From an uncultured Pseudomonadales bacterium (GTDB lineage Bacteria > Pseudomonadota > Gammaproteobacteria > Pseudomonadales > Litorivicinaceae), in assembly GCA_964628665.1 (NCBI GenBank), contig CAZVNX010000007.1, forward strand, positions 13,073 to 77,072: a DNA stretch of 64,000 bases, written 5' to 3'. Position numbers and translations under genes: made by a program. Numbering within the stretch: the stretch's first letter is position 1; each line of letters starts with the position of its first letter. The notes beneath the pieces are model-generated. The model ran no database searches and was not told the origin of the DNA. It worked only from the letters and a program-made list of their open reading frames with translations. Below, in pieces: positions 9,763 to 19,566 of this stretch.

Positions 9763-9891
9763 GAGTCTTCCATCTGGGGCTTCAAGTGTAACCAATCCGA
9801 GAAAAAAACGGAGTATCGCACGGAATAAAACATTGATTTGTCACACTGAAACCCCACAATTTGTCCACGCAACATGAATCTGGAGGTTCCC

Positions 9892-10476
9892 ATGGCTTTT
9901 GAACTGCCAACACTACCCTACGCCAAGAACGCGCTGGCGCCCCATATCTCGGAAGAGACGCTCGAGTTCCATTACGGTAAGCACCACAAAACCTACGTCG
10001 ACAACCTGAATAATTTGGTGCCTGGCACAGAGTTCGAAGGTCATAGCCTCGAGGACATCATCAAAACGTCTGCTGGTGGCATATTCAATAATGCGGCGCA
10101 GGTTTGGAACCACACATTTTATTGGCACTGCCTGTCACCCAATGGTGGCGGCGAACCAACAGGGGAGCTCGCTGACGCGATCAACGCGAAGTTTGGTTCA
10201 TTTGAAAACTTCAAAGAAGAGTTCACCAAAACCTCAGTTACAACCTTCGGTTCAGGTTGGGGCTGGCTTGTGAAGAATGCGGCAGGCGAATTGGAACTGG
10301 CGTCGACCATTGGTGCTGGTAACCCAATGACAGATGGCAAGACACCACTTCTGACCTGTGATGTTTGGGAGCACGCCTACTACATCGATTATCGGAATGC
10401 CCGCCCAGCATATCTCAAAGCGTTTTGGGAACTGGTGAATTGGGACTACGTATCCGAGCAATATGCGAACGCGTAA
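9892..10476 (+). CDS. sodB: Fe-type superoxide dismutase
   Basis: [10 protein letters not shown]...HHKTYV...[11 protein letters not shown]...[14 protein letters not shown] at 9892 is preceded by GGAGG. The tracked ORF starts 18 nt earlier. Confidence 0.95.
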   Translation: MAFELPTLPYAKNALAPHISEETLEFHYGKHHKTYVDNLNNLVPGTEFEGHSLEDIIKTSAGGIFNNAAQVWNHTFYWHCLSPNGGGEPTGELADAINAKFGSFENFKEEFTKTSVTTFGSGWGWLVKNAAGELELASTIGAGNPMTDGKTPLLTCDVWEHAYYIDYRNARPAYLKAFWELVNWDYVSEQYANA

Positions 10477-10486
10477 TGCCTGATAC

Positions 10487-10514
10487 AAAAAGCCCGCGTT
10501 TGCGGGCTTTTTTA
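10487..10514 (+). terminator. Rho-independent terminator of sodB
   Basis: AAAAAGCCCGC-GTTT-GCGGGCTTTTTT, a 7-bp GC stem followed by a T-run. Confidence 0.8.
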
Positions 10515-10538
10515 TGTCCATTGCAAACTCATCTCGTA

Positions 10539-10557
10539 AATGCAATATTATTGCATT
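10539..10557. promoter_or_regulatory. Zur box candidate overlapping the zrgA promoter
   Basis: Perfect 9-1-9 palindrome AATGCAATA-T-TATTGCATT. It resembles the AT-rich AAATG...CATTT Zur consensus of gammaproteobacteria. It lies 57 nt upstream of the zrgA-like ATG, with TTGCAA (10521-10526) as a possible -35. Confidence 0.6.
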
Positions 10558-10613
10558 CTGCTTTGAATCAGACGATTCTGGCCTACAATAGAATGCACTT
10601 TAGGAGAGTATCC

Positions 10614-11240
10614 ATGCGTCAACTCGTAGCATCCGCAGCCTTTATAACCTCGTTGGCATTGCCCTACACCCTGATTGCCAGTGAGATGCGTCACGCTGGC
10701 GCGCACGTGCATGGACTGAATCAAGCACAACTGGTGCTTGATGGCAGTACCTTGCAAGTGGTGTATCGCATGGTTGCGGCGCAGTTAGAGGTCGACACCG
10801 ACATGCATGAGCACGAGCACAAGCATGAGCACGGCCACACAGACTCCAAAGAGCACAACGAACACTCCGATATGCAGCATAGCGACGAGGTGAATCAACA
10901 GACAGAAAGGGCCAACGCAATCGCGGCGCTAGACAATTATCACAAGCTCTTTCATCTGCCCAAAGCGGCCCAGTGTTCGCTCGCCAGCTTTGAGGGCACA
11001 CTACAAGATGTTGCTAAAACGCAACGCAAAGACGCCCATGATCATGATGAGCATGCAGGACACCAAGATGCCATCTTGCAGTATCAATTCGACTGTCAGA
11101 ATCCAGGGGCGCTAACCTCGGTTGAATTTGAGGCCTTTGCTAGCTATGCCGAACTCGAGTCAGTTGACGTCGAAGCTTTGGTCAATGGCCGCGCGATCAC
11201 GACCCGTGTCACACGTCAGCAGGGTTCCGTCACTTGGTAA
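10614..11240 (+). CDS. zrgA: ZrgA-like periplasmic His-rich metal-binding protein (DUF2796-like)
   Basis: ATG at 10614 with AGGAGA upstream. The tracked ORF extends back into sodB. Signal peptide (MRQLVASAAFITSLALPYTLIA). His-rich tracts HEHEHKHEHGHTDSKEHNEHSD and DAHDHDEHAGH. First gene after the Zur box. Confidence 0.7.
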   Translation: MRQLVASAAFITSLALPYTLIASEMRHAGAHVHGLNQAQLVLDGSTLQVVYRMVAAQLEVDTDMHEHEHKHEHGHTDSKEHNEHSDMQHSDEVNQQTERANAIAALDNYHKLFHLPKAAQCSLASFEGTLQDVAKTQRKDAHDHDEHAGHQDAILQYQFDCQNPGALTSVEFEAFASYAELESVDVEALVNGRAITTRVTRQQGSVTW

Positions 11241-11902
11241 TTTTGCAAGCGCAAGGGCTTGATTATCGATATACCTCAGGGATGTCGTTTACATTCCCTG
11301 ACTTGGTGGTCAATGCCGGTGAGAAGGTACTGATCATGGGACCGTCGGGCTCTGGAAAGTCCACCTTCCTCAATCTTGTGAGCGGCGCATTGCGGCTGCA
11401 ATCAGGCGCTCTCGAGCTTAGCGGTAATCACTACAAAGGACTCACATCCTCGGCACTAGACCGCATCCGAGCCGATCACTTAGGGGTCATTTTCCAAACA
11501 CTCAATTTAATTCCCTATCTTTCTGGCTACGACAATGCAGCACTTGGCGTTCGCTTCTCAAACATCCGTCAGTCACGGGTCATCGATACGCGGGCTGAGA
11601 TCCATCGCCTCGCGGCATCACTGGGACTCACACACGCACAACTCAACGCCAAAGCGAGCCAACTGAGTGTCGGACAACAGCAACGTATCGCGGTGATCCG
11701 TGCACTGCTTGGGCATCCCGAACTGATCTTGGCAGATGAACCCACCTCGGCATTGGATCCTGTCTCGACAGATCAATTCATGCAGGAGCTACTCAGTTCA
11801 TTCGACCCAACAACGCAGGCGATTGTTCTGGTTAGCCACAATCCCGCACTGACCCACTTTTTCGACCGCGTCATCGCATTCGAGGGCCTGCATCATGCTT
11901 GA
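11234..11902 (+). CDS. zrgB: ABC transporter ATP-binding protein (ZrgB-like)
   Basis: Walker A GPSGSGKST, signature LSVGQQQR, Walker B LILADEPTSALD. The TTG start overlaps the zrgA stop. Confidence 0.85.
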   Translation: MVILQAQGLDYRYTSGMSFTFPDLVVNAGEKVLIMGPSGSGKSTFLNLVSGALRLQSGALELSGNHYKGLTSSALDRIRADHLGVIFQTLNLIPYLSGYDNAALGVRFSNIRQSRVIDTRAEIHRLAASLGLTHAQLNAKASQLSVGQQQRIAVIRALLGHPELILADEPTSALDPVSTDQFMQELLSSFDPTTQAIVLVSHNPALTHFFDRVIAFEGLHHA

Positions 11903-13145
11903 TCTCGCGTTTGCTTCAATACGCGCGCGCCGCCTTCCTGTGGCACTGGTCACCATTGCGCTAACCGCTGCGATGGTATTACTGCTTAGTATCGAGCGCA
12001 TTCAAACAGCCACGCAACAAGGCTTCAATCAAAGCCTCAGTGGCGTCGATTTGATCATCGGCCCCCGCTCTAGTGGCATTGAATTGGTTTTGTACACTAC
12101 ATTCCATCTCGGTCGACCCACCAACAACATCACCACAAAAACCCTTGAGGCCATTGGTAAACGGCCAGAAATCGATTGGCTCGTGCCAATCGCGCTAGGT
12201 GACAACCACCGCGGCTTCCGCGTCGTAGCCACCACGCCGGACTACTTTCAGCACATTCAGTACGCTGGCAATCAAGCGCTGCGCTTTCAAGCTGGCCGTG
12301 CGTTTGCAGCAATCAATGAAGTGGTCATCGGCAGCACGGTCGCAAAGGAATTAGGCTACACCCTAGGAAGCCGTCTCTTCATCACCCATGGCGCCAGTGC
12401 AACCATGGGGCAAGCGCATGATGATGTTGCCTTTCAGGTCGTGGGCGTCCTCGACGCGACCGGGACACCAAACGATCAAGCCGTCTTCGTCGATTTACGA
12501 GGCTACGAACTCATCCATCTTGGGTGGCAAAGTGGTACCCGCGCATTTCGGATCGACGGCCTGGATTTGGCGAGCATCCCACAAGAACGGCTTCAGCCAA
12601 CCACCGTGACCGCCGCCTACGTCGGTCTCAAATCCAAGTTGGGTGTATTTCAGTTCATGCGTGACATCCAGGCATACCCCGAAGAGGCGATCTCGGCAAT
12701 TATCCCCGGACTCGCGCTTGCGGAGCTTTGGTCCATTGTGGGCATGGTTGATCGCGTCTTTGAGTTCTTAAGCTGGATGATTATTGCGATTAGCTTGATC
12801 GCCATGATGACCATGACCATCACCAGCCTTGATCAACGCACGCGAGAAATGACTATCCTGCGCGCTGTTGGTGCCTCACCATGGCATCTCAGCATCCTCG
12901 TCATGATGGAATCCCTGGTACTCGGCCTCGGCGCGATCATCGCGGCGATTGCCTTAGTGACACTGAGCACCTGGCTTGCTGCGGACTGGATACAAACGCA
13001 ACTCGGCATCGCAGCCGAGATCAGCTGGCTGACTGTGGATGAATGCAAAACGCTGGCAGTCATCCTACTCGCTGGTTTGGCATCGAGCTTATTGCCTGCG
13101 ATGATGGTGTTTCGCCGCAATCTACAACAGGGGCTTTTGCAATAA
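11895..13145 (+). CDS. zrgC: ABC transporter permease, FtsX/MacB-like (ZrgC-like)
   Basis: 416 aa. N-terminal TM helix, a large periplasmic domain and a C-terminal FtsX-like 3-TM bundle. Overlaps the ATPase gene by 8 nt. Confidence 0.8.
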   Translation: MLDLAFASIRARRLPVALVTIALTAAMVLLLSIERIQTATQQGFNQSLSGVDLIIGPRSSGIELVLYTTFHLGRPTNNITTKTLEAIGKRPEIDWLVPIALGDNHRGFRVVATTPDYFQHIQYAGNQALRFQAGRAFAAINEVVIGSTVAKELGYTLGSRLFITHGASATMGQAHDDVAFQVVGVLDATGTPNDQAVFVDLRGYELIHLGWQSGTRAFRIDGLDLASIPQERLQPTTVTAAYVGLKSKLGVFQFMRDIQAYPEEAISAIIPGLALAELWSIVGMVDRVFEFLSWMIIAISLIAMMTMTITSLDQRTREMTILRAVGASPWHLSILVMMESLVLGLGAIIAAIALVTLSTWLAADWIQTQLGIAAEISWLTVDECKTLAVILLAGLASSLLPAMMVFRRNLQQGLLQ

Positions 13146-13146
13146 C

Positions 13147-13713
13147 ATGAAGTGGACCTCCGGGTTACATATATGGGTACTTCTCTTCAGCTTGGGAGCA
13201 GGTGCTAGCCCCATCGAGCCCACGGAAGCAGATTTTGAACGATGGGCTGAAAGCTGGGATCGACTGATACCGGCTGGGACCTACGATTTTATTCCAGAGA
13301 ATGTGTCCTTCGATCTGATGTTTGATCCGACGTTCCAAAAAAAGCTCGACGAGGCAGGCTTGGTCTTGAATCCAAGTTTAGAGGGCCAACAGATTGAACT
13401 GGCTGGATTCATGGTGCCGATCGAAACTCAGGGCCAAACCGTCAGCCAATTCCTATTGGTTCCTGAAGCGGGACAATGCATCCACGTGCCAGCCCCTCCA
13501 ATGAATCAAACACTCCTTGTGGATGCCTCAAATAACCCCACTGAACTGCGCGATCTGTATCAAGCGGTTGTGGTCCGCGGTCGACTGTCCGTCGGCAAAC
13601 AACAATTTGAGCTCGCCGACAGCGGCTATACCTTGGTGGATGTGCAGGTCGAATCGCTGGCTCTCGATGAGAGCATGATTCCCGTCGCACCGGATGCTGA
13701 TGGCGATCGATAA
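13147..13713 (+). CDS. zrgD: DUF3299-like periplasmic protein (ZrgD-like)
   Basis: Signal peptide. FLLVPEAGQCIHVPAPPMNQTLLV matches the conserved DUF3299 core as I recall it. Starts 2 nt after the permease stop. Confidence 0.7.
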   Translation: MKWTSGLHIWVLLFSLGAGASPIEPTEADFERWAESWDRLIPAGTYDFIPENVSFDLMFDPTFQKKLDEAGLVLNPSLEGQQIELAGFMVPIETQGQTVSQFLLVPEAGQCIHVPAPPMNQTLLVDASNNPTELRDLYQAVVVRGRLSVGKQQFELADSGYTLVDVQVESLALDESMIPVAPDADGDR

Positions 13714-14125
13714 TGCCCGCTTGATGGCGAAGTGTGCGACAGCGCACAAGACCATCACGCCGCAGCGACTGGGTATCTTGCAGGCGCTGCCCGATGACGG
13801 ACGACCCATGACTGCCTACAGTCTGCGCGATCAACTCATGGCAGACTCCAAGCGCTACAACATCAGCACCATCTATCGTGTCTTAGATTTTTGGGTGTCA
13901 TTGGGTGTGGTTCATAAAATCGACTCCACAAGCGCCTACATGCGCTGTCAGGATGATCATGACCATCATCTGCATGTGATTCAGCTGTGCACAGAATGCC
14001 AATCTGTCGAAGAGGCATGCGCTGTTTCACAGGCACTGACGCTCCCCGATCAACCGGGCTTCCAACCCACGCCCGACCAGGTGATTGAACTGAAAGGTCT
14101 CTGTAAGGATTGCCGTCAGGCATAA
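13694..14125 (+). CDS. zur: Fur-family zinc uptake regulator
   Basis: 143 aa. Winged-helix region ITPQRLGILQAL...STIYRVLDFWVSLGVVHK, HHLH and two CxxC pairs (CTEC, CKDC). Overlaps zrgD by 20 nt. Alternative Met starts exist at 13700 and 13724. Confidence 0.8.
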   Translation: MLMAIDNARLMAKCATAHKTITPQRLGILQALPDDGRPMTAYSLRDQLMADSKRYNISTIYRVLDFWVSLGVVHKIDSTSAYMRCQDDHDHHLHVIQLCTECQSVEEACAVSQALTLPDQPGFQPTPDQVIELKGLCKDCRQA

Positions 14126-14160
14126 AAAAACCCTGGCTTGCTTGCGCAAACCAGGGTTTC
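14124..14160. terminator. Bidirectional terminator between zur and groEL
   Basis: AAAAAAACCCTGG...CCAGGGTTT with inner TTGC/GCAA pairing. It has an A-run on one side and a T-run on the other, and lies between converging genes. Confidence 0.7.
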
Positions 14161-14176
14161 GATCACAGGGATCGGC

Positions 14177-15832
<1,656 letters not shown>

Positions 15833-16126
15833 TTACTTTGCAATCACGCCGAGAATTTCTGATTCATTCATAATCAGAAGTTCTTCTCCGTCGACTTTGA
15901 TGGTGTTTGATCCTGAATATTGACCAAAGACCACGTGATCACCGACCTTGACGGCCAACGCACGTACATCACCGTTATCAAGCGGCTTACCTGTACCTAC
16001 GGCAACGATCTCGCCACGATTTGGCTTTTCAGCTGCTGAACCCGGCAGAACAATCCCGCCGGCCGTTTTAGTTTCCTCTTCCATGCGACGAATAACGACG
16101 CGATCGTGGAGTGGACGAATGTTCAT
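15833..16126 (-). CDS. groES: Co-chaperonin GroES
   Basis: 97 aa. [14 protein letters not shown]...[13 protein letters not shown]. Confidence 0.98.
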   Translation of the reverse strand: MNIRPLHDRVVIRRMEEETKTAGGIVLPGSAAEKPNRGEIVAVGTGKPLDNGDVRALAVKVGDHVVFGQYSGSNTIKVDGEELLIMNESEILGVIAK

Positions 16127-16272
16127 TTCCTGACATCTCCGAATTTTATGTAAAATGAACTCAGGCTTGCGCCTTCCCTCGACCCTCCCAACCCAATGAG
16201 TTGGAACGCTTTCCTTAGCTCACCTGTGGGGGGTTAACCGCCAGGGACTACCTGTCCCCAGGACAGAGGGGT

Positions 16273-16299
16273 TAATGAGGATTGAATGATCGTTTTCAA
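16273..16299 (-). promoter_or_regulatory. Putative sigma32 heat-shock promoter of groESL
   Basis: Minus strand reads TTGAAA (16299-16294), 13 nt, CCTCATTA (16280-16273). The consensus is CTTGAAA-N13-15-CCCCATNT. Confidence 0.5.
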
Positions 16300-16307
16300 C
16301 AGGCGAA

Positions 16308-16703
16308 CTAAAATTTTCTCTCGTCGACCTTGCGGTACTCGCCTTCGATGATGATTTTGTCGCGGTAGCGGTCGATCAAGCGAAATAAGACCCACTGCCG
16401 GGTTTGTGGAATGAGTAACAAAAATCCGAAAGTGTCTGTGACAAATCCAGGGGTCAGCAATAACGCACCGCCGACTGCGATCATCACACCATTCACAAGC
16501 TCAGATGCAGGAATTGCACCCTCGTCCATTTTACGACGTGCGCTGAGAATCGTCGCTAGACCCTGCTGTTTTAAGAGCGAAAGCCCAATGCTGGCGGTCA
16601 ACACCACAAGCGCGATAGTTGGCAATGCGCCAATACGCGATCCGACCTCAATCAAGATCCACATCTCAAGGACGGGAATTAGCACAAACAGAAATAAAGG
16701 CAT
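16308..16703 (-). CDS. fxsA: FxsA-family inner membrane protein
   Basis: MPLFLFVLIPVLEMWILIEVGSRIGALPT is a typical FxsA N-terminus. ATG at 16703 is preceded by GGAGGA. The tracked ORF is 16 codons longer. Confidence 0.8.
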   Translation of the reverse strand: MPLFLFVLIPVLEMWILIEVGSRIGALPTIALVVLTASIGLSLLKQQGLATILSARRKMDEGAIPASELVNGVMIAVGGALLLTPGFVTDTFGFLLLIPQTRQWVLFRLIDRYRDKIIIEGEYRKVDERKF

Positions 16704-16854
16704 CGTATTCCTCCGTCCCCACAGCATACCCATTTGTCGACAACGGGCCAAAGAGGGGTGGCATTTTTTTGCAGTGCAACTAAACTGAGCTCAAGTTATT
16801 GCATCGCAACATTTTGCATGCTGCGCGTTGCCACATCGACACGAAGGAATACAC

Positions 16855-17616
16855 ATGGAACTGAATGGAAAAGTCATCGTCATCACAGGAGGTGGCCAAG
16901 GACTCGGCCGTGCAATGGCTTTACGCCTTGCCAACAAGGCGCCTCATCTTGCGCTGATCGATATGAATGCCGACAAACTTGCCGAAACAAAAGCACAGTG
17001 TGAAGCACTTGGCGCCACTGCATCGACCTGGGTCTGTAACGTCGCAGATGAAGCCGAAGTGGATCAAACCTTCGCGGCGATCCGTGCAGAAACAGGCCGC
17101 TTGGATGGCGTGGTCAACAACGCCGGCATTACACGGGACGCACTGTTTTTAAAGGTCAAAGAAGGCCAGGTGGAAAAACGCATGAGTCTTGAACACTGGC
17201 AGCAAGTGATCGACGTCAACCTGACCGGTGTGTTTTTGTGCGCCCGTGCTGCAGCCACTGAGATGGTGAACGCCGGTGAAGGCGGATGCATCATCAACAT
17301 TTCGTCGATTTCTCGCCATGGCAATATGGGACAAACTAACTACACCGCGACCAAGGCTGGCGTGGCAGCCATGTCAGTAACCTGGGCGAAAGAGCTGGCC
17401 GCACAAAAGATCCGTTGTGCAGCGATCGCACCGGGTTACATCGGAACCGAAATGGTCATGTCAATGAAGCCAGAAGCCCTGGACAAGATCGCCTCAGGGA
17501 TCCCAGCCAAGCGTCTGGGAACACCAGATGAGATCGCCCATGCAGTCGAATTCATTTTGGAAAATGACTACGTCAACGGTCGCGTCATCGAAGTTGACGG
17601 CGGACTTCGCATCTAA
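16855..17616 (+). CDS. Short-chain dehydrogenase/reductase (FabG-like)
   Basis: TGGGQGLGRAMA Rossmann motif, NNAG, and a catalytic S...YxxxK (YTATKAG). ATG at 16855 (MELNGKVIVITGG). Confidence 0.85.
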   Translation: MELNGKVIVITGGGQGLGRAMALRLANKAPHLALIDMNADKLAETKAQCEALGATASTWVCNVADEAEVDQTFAAIRAETGRLDGVVNNAGITRDALFLKVKEGQVEKRMSLEHWQQVIDVNLTGVFLCARAAATEMVNAGEGGCIINISSISRHGNMGQTNYTATKAGVAAMSVTWAKELAAQKIRCAAIAPGYIGTEMVMSMKPEALDKIASGIPAKRLGTPDEIAHAVEFILENDYVNGRVIEVDGGLRI

Positions 17617-17673
17617 ACAAGACTTGCCTTTCCATTCAGGCGCCCGACAATGGGCGTTTGACTGGGATCGCCG

Positions 17674-19011
17674 ATGACCTTCAAAGACACGCTTCGTATC
17701 TACCTTGACCGGCGCATGCTTTGGGTGTTTCTCATGGGATGCGCCAGCGGCTTTCCTTGGGTCCTGATTGGTTCAGCCATGTCTGGCTGGCTGAAAGATG
17801 CAGGACTCACGCGCACCGCCATCGGTCTGTTCGGATCCATTTTTGCGGTCTACGCAATCAATTTTCTCTGGGCACCCCTATTAGATCGCGTCAAATTGCC
17901 TGGGCTGTCGGCGCTTGGCCAACGACGCAGTTGGATCGTACTCGCACAAGCACTGATGCTGGCTCTGACCTGTCTCATTGCCACGATTGATCCGGCGGTC
18001 TCGTTGTTGACAACCTCGCTACTTGCGCTTGGCATTGCTGTTGCCTCTGCAACGCAGGACGTGGCCATTGACGCATTCCGGATTGATCACTTCAGTCAGG
18101 CGCCCAAACACTATCTGCCGGCCGCGTCTGCGATGGCAGTCATCGGTTGGTGGACTGGATATTCCTTACCCGGTTATGTCGCGTTCCGATTTGCCGACAC
18201 GCTTGGTTGGTCCGGGGTCTACTGGATTCTTGCGGGATTCGTTGCCGCCCTCATGTGCGCCACACTGTGGGTTCGCGAACCCCAATCCGATCGTGATCAG
18301 CTCCAAGCAGAATTGACTGCCGCCTATTCGGGACTCTCTGCGACCCGCAGTCAGCGCATACTTCGCTGGTTGGTGATCACTGTATGGGAACCGTTAGCGG
18401 AGTTTTTGCGGCGCAATGGCGTACAGACAGCGCTCTACATTTTGCTCTTTGTGTTTTTGTTTAAGATTGGTGAAGCCTTCCTCGGACGGATGTCGATCGT
18501 TTTTTATAAAGAAGTCGGGTTCACCAATGGTCAAATAGCCGATTACACGAAGATGCTTGGCTGGGTTGCGACGGTTGGATTCACCTTGCTAGGTTCGTTT
18601 ATCAACGTACGCCTGGGTGTTGTCAAAGGATTGTTTATTGGGGGTGCCGCCATGGCACTGAGCAATCTGATGTTTGCCTGGATTGCCATCGCTGGCCCCA
18701 AAGAATGGTTATTTGCCGCAACGATCATCGTTGATAACTTCACTACAGCGTTTTCGAGTGTCGCCTTTGTCAGTTTCCTCACGGCACTGACGGGTCGCGC
18801 ATTTTCAGCTAGTCAATACGCGCTCTTGGCGTCAATCGGTAATTTAGGCCGTACAACACTCGCCAGTGGCAGTGGCTGGTTTGTCGATGTTACAGGGAGC
18901 TGGGTGTTATTTTTCATTTTGACCACTATCTTAGTGATCCCCGGATTGATCCTGTTATTCCAGATCAGACAACGGATTAGTGCATTAAAAAACGAGGACA
19001 CTCATGGGTAA
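17674..19011 (+). CDS. ampG: AmpG-family muropeptide MFS permease
   Basis: 445 aa, about 12-14 TM helices. N-terminus LRIYLDRRMLWVFLMGCASGFPWVLIGS is typical of AmpG. Confidence 0.85.
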   Translation: MTFKDTLRIYLDRRMLWVFLMGCASGFPWVLIGSAMSGWLKDAGLTRTAIGLFGSIFAVYAINFLWAPLLDRVKLPGLSALGQRRSWIVLAQALMLALTCLIATIDPAVSLLTTSLLALGIAVASATQDVAIDAFRIDHFSQAPKHYLPAASAMAVIGWWTGYSLPGYVAFRFADTLGWSGVYWILAGFVAALMCATLWVREPQSDRDQLQAELTAAYSGLSATRSQRILRWLVITVWEPLAEFLRRNGVQTALYILLFVFLFKIGEAFLGRMSIVFYKEVGFTNGQIADYTKMLGWVATVGFTLLGSFINVRLGVVKGLFIGGAAMALSNLMFAWIAIAGPKEWLFAATIIVDNFTTAFSSVAFVSFLTALTGRAFSASQYALLASIGNLGRTTLASGSGWFVDVTGSWVLFFILTTILVIPGLILLFQIRQRISALKNEDTHG

Positions 19012-19561
19012 TCGACTGACCAAGCTCTACACAAAGACCGGCGACGACGGGACCACAGGACTTGGCGATGGAAGCCGTACCCGAAAAGACAGTCCTCGGA
19101 TTGAAGCGGTTGGCACCATCGATGAACTGAATTCCTGGATTGGCTTGTTGCTGGCTGAACTGCCAGTAGACGAGCCTTTAGTTGCCCCACTGACTGAAAT
19201 TCAGCATCGTTTGTTCGACTTGGGCGGTGAACTTGCAGTCCCAGGATTTACGCTGATTCATGACCATATGGTGAGTGATCTCGAGACGCTGTGTGATGCC
19301 TTGAACGCCGAAGTCCCGCCCTTGAAAGAATTCATCTTGCCAGGCGGATCGACTGCAGCTGGATATTGTCACATGGCACGGGCCGTAGCGCGGCGCGCAG
19401 AACGCGTGATCATTACATTGGCTGATTCAGAAGAGATTGGCGAGGCATTGCGGCTCTATATCAACCGCCTGTCAGACGTGTTGTTTGTCATGGCTCGAAC
19501 CTTGGCACGACGCAACGGTGGCGAGGAGATTTACTGGAAATCCCCTCGCACCGCTGACTGA
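19004..19561 (+). CDS. PduO-type ATP:cob(I)alamin adenosyltransferase
   Basis: LYTKTGDDGTTGLGDGSRTRKDSPRIEAVGTIDELNSWIG is the PduO-type N-terminal signature. Overlaps ampG by 8 nt. Confidence 0.85.
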   Translation: MGNRLTKLYTKTGDDGTTGLGDGSRTRKDSPRIEAVGTIDELNSWIGLLLAELPVDEPLVAPLTEIQHRLFDLGGELAVPGFTLIHDHMVSDLETLCDALNAEVPPLKEFILPGGSTAAGYCHMARAVARRAERVIITLADSEEIGEALRLYINRLSDVLFVMARTLARRNGGEEIYWKSPRTAD

Positions 19562-19566
19562 GGTGG

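Noticed and set aside
10365-10613. 5' extension of the ZrgA-like ORF that overlaps the sodB 3' end and terminator. There are similar 5' extensions in the tracked ORFs for minD (6775-6870), aceE (24178-24222), the TRAP binding protein (26025-26216), the PilE-like gene (51932-52060), ileS (57828-57908), ribF (58765-58893) and proB (61833-62036).
   Set aside because: The extensions overlap upstream genes or terminators and lack homology. Internal starts have good SD sequences and restore canonical N-termini or signal peptides.
16201-16260. Alternative sigma32 -10 candidate CCCCCCACAG in the groES leader.
   Set aside because: There is no acceptable TTGAAA-like -35 at the right spacing upstream of it. 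The TTGAAA-13-CCTCATTA pair further upstream fits much better.
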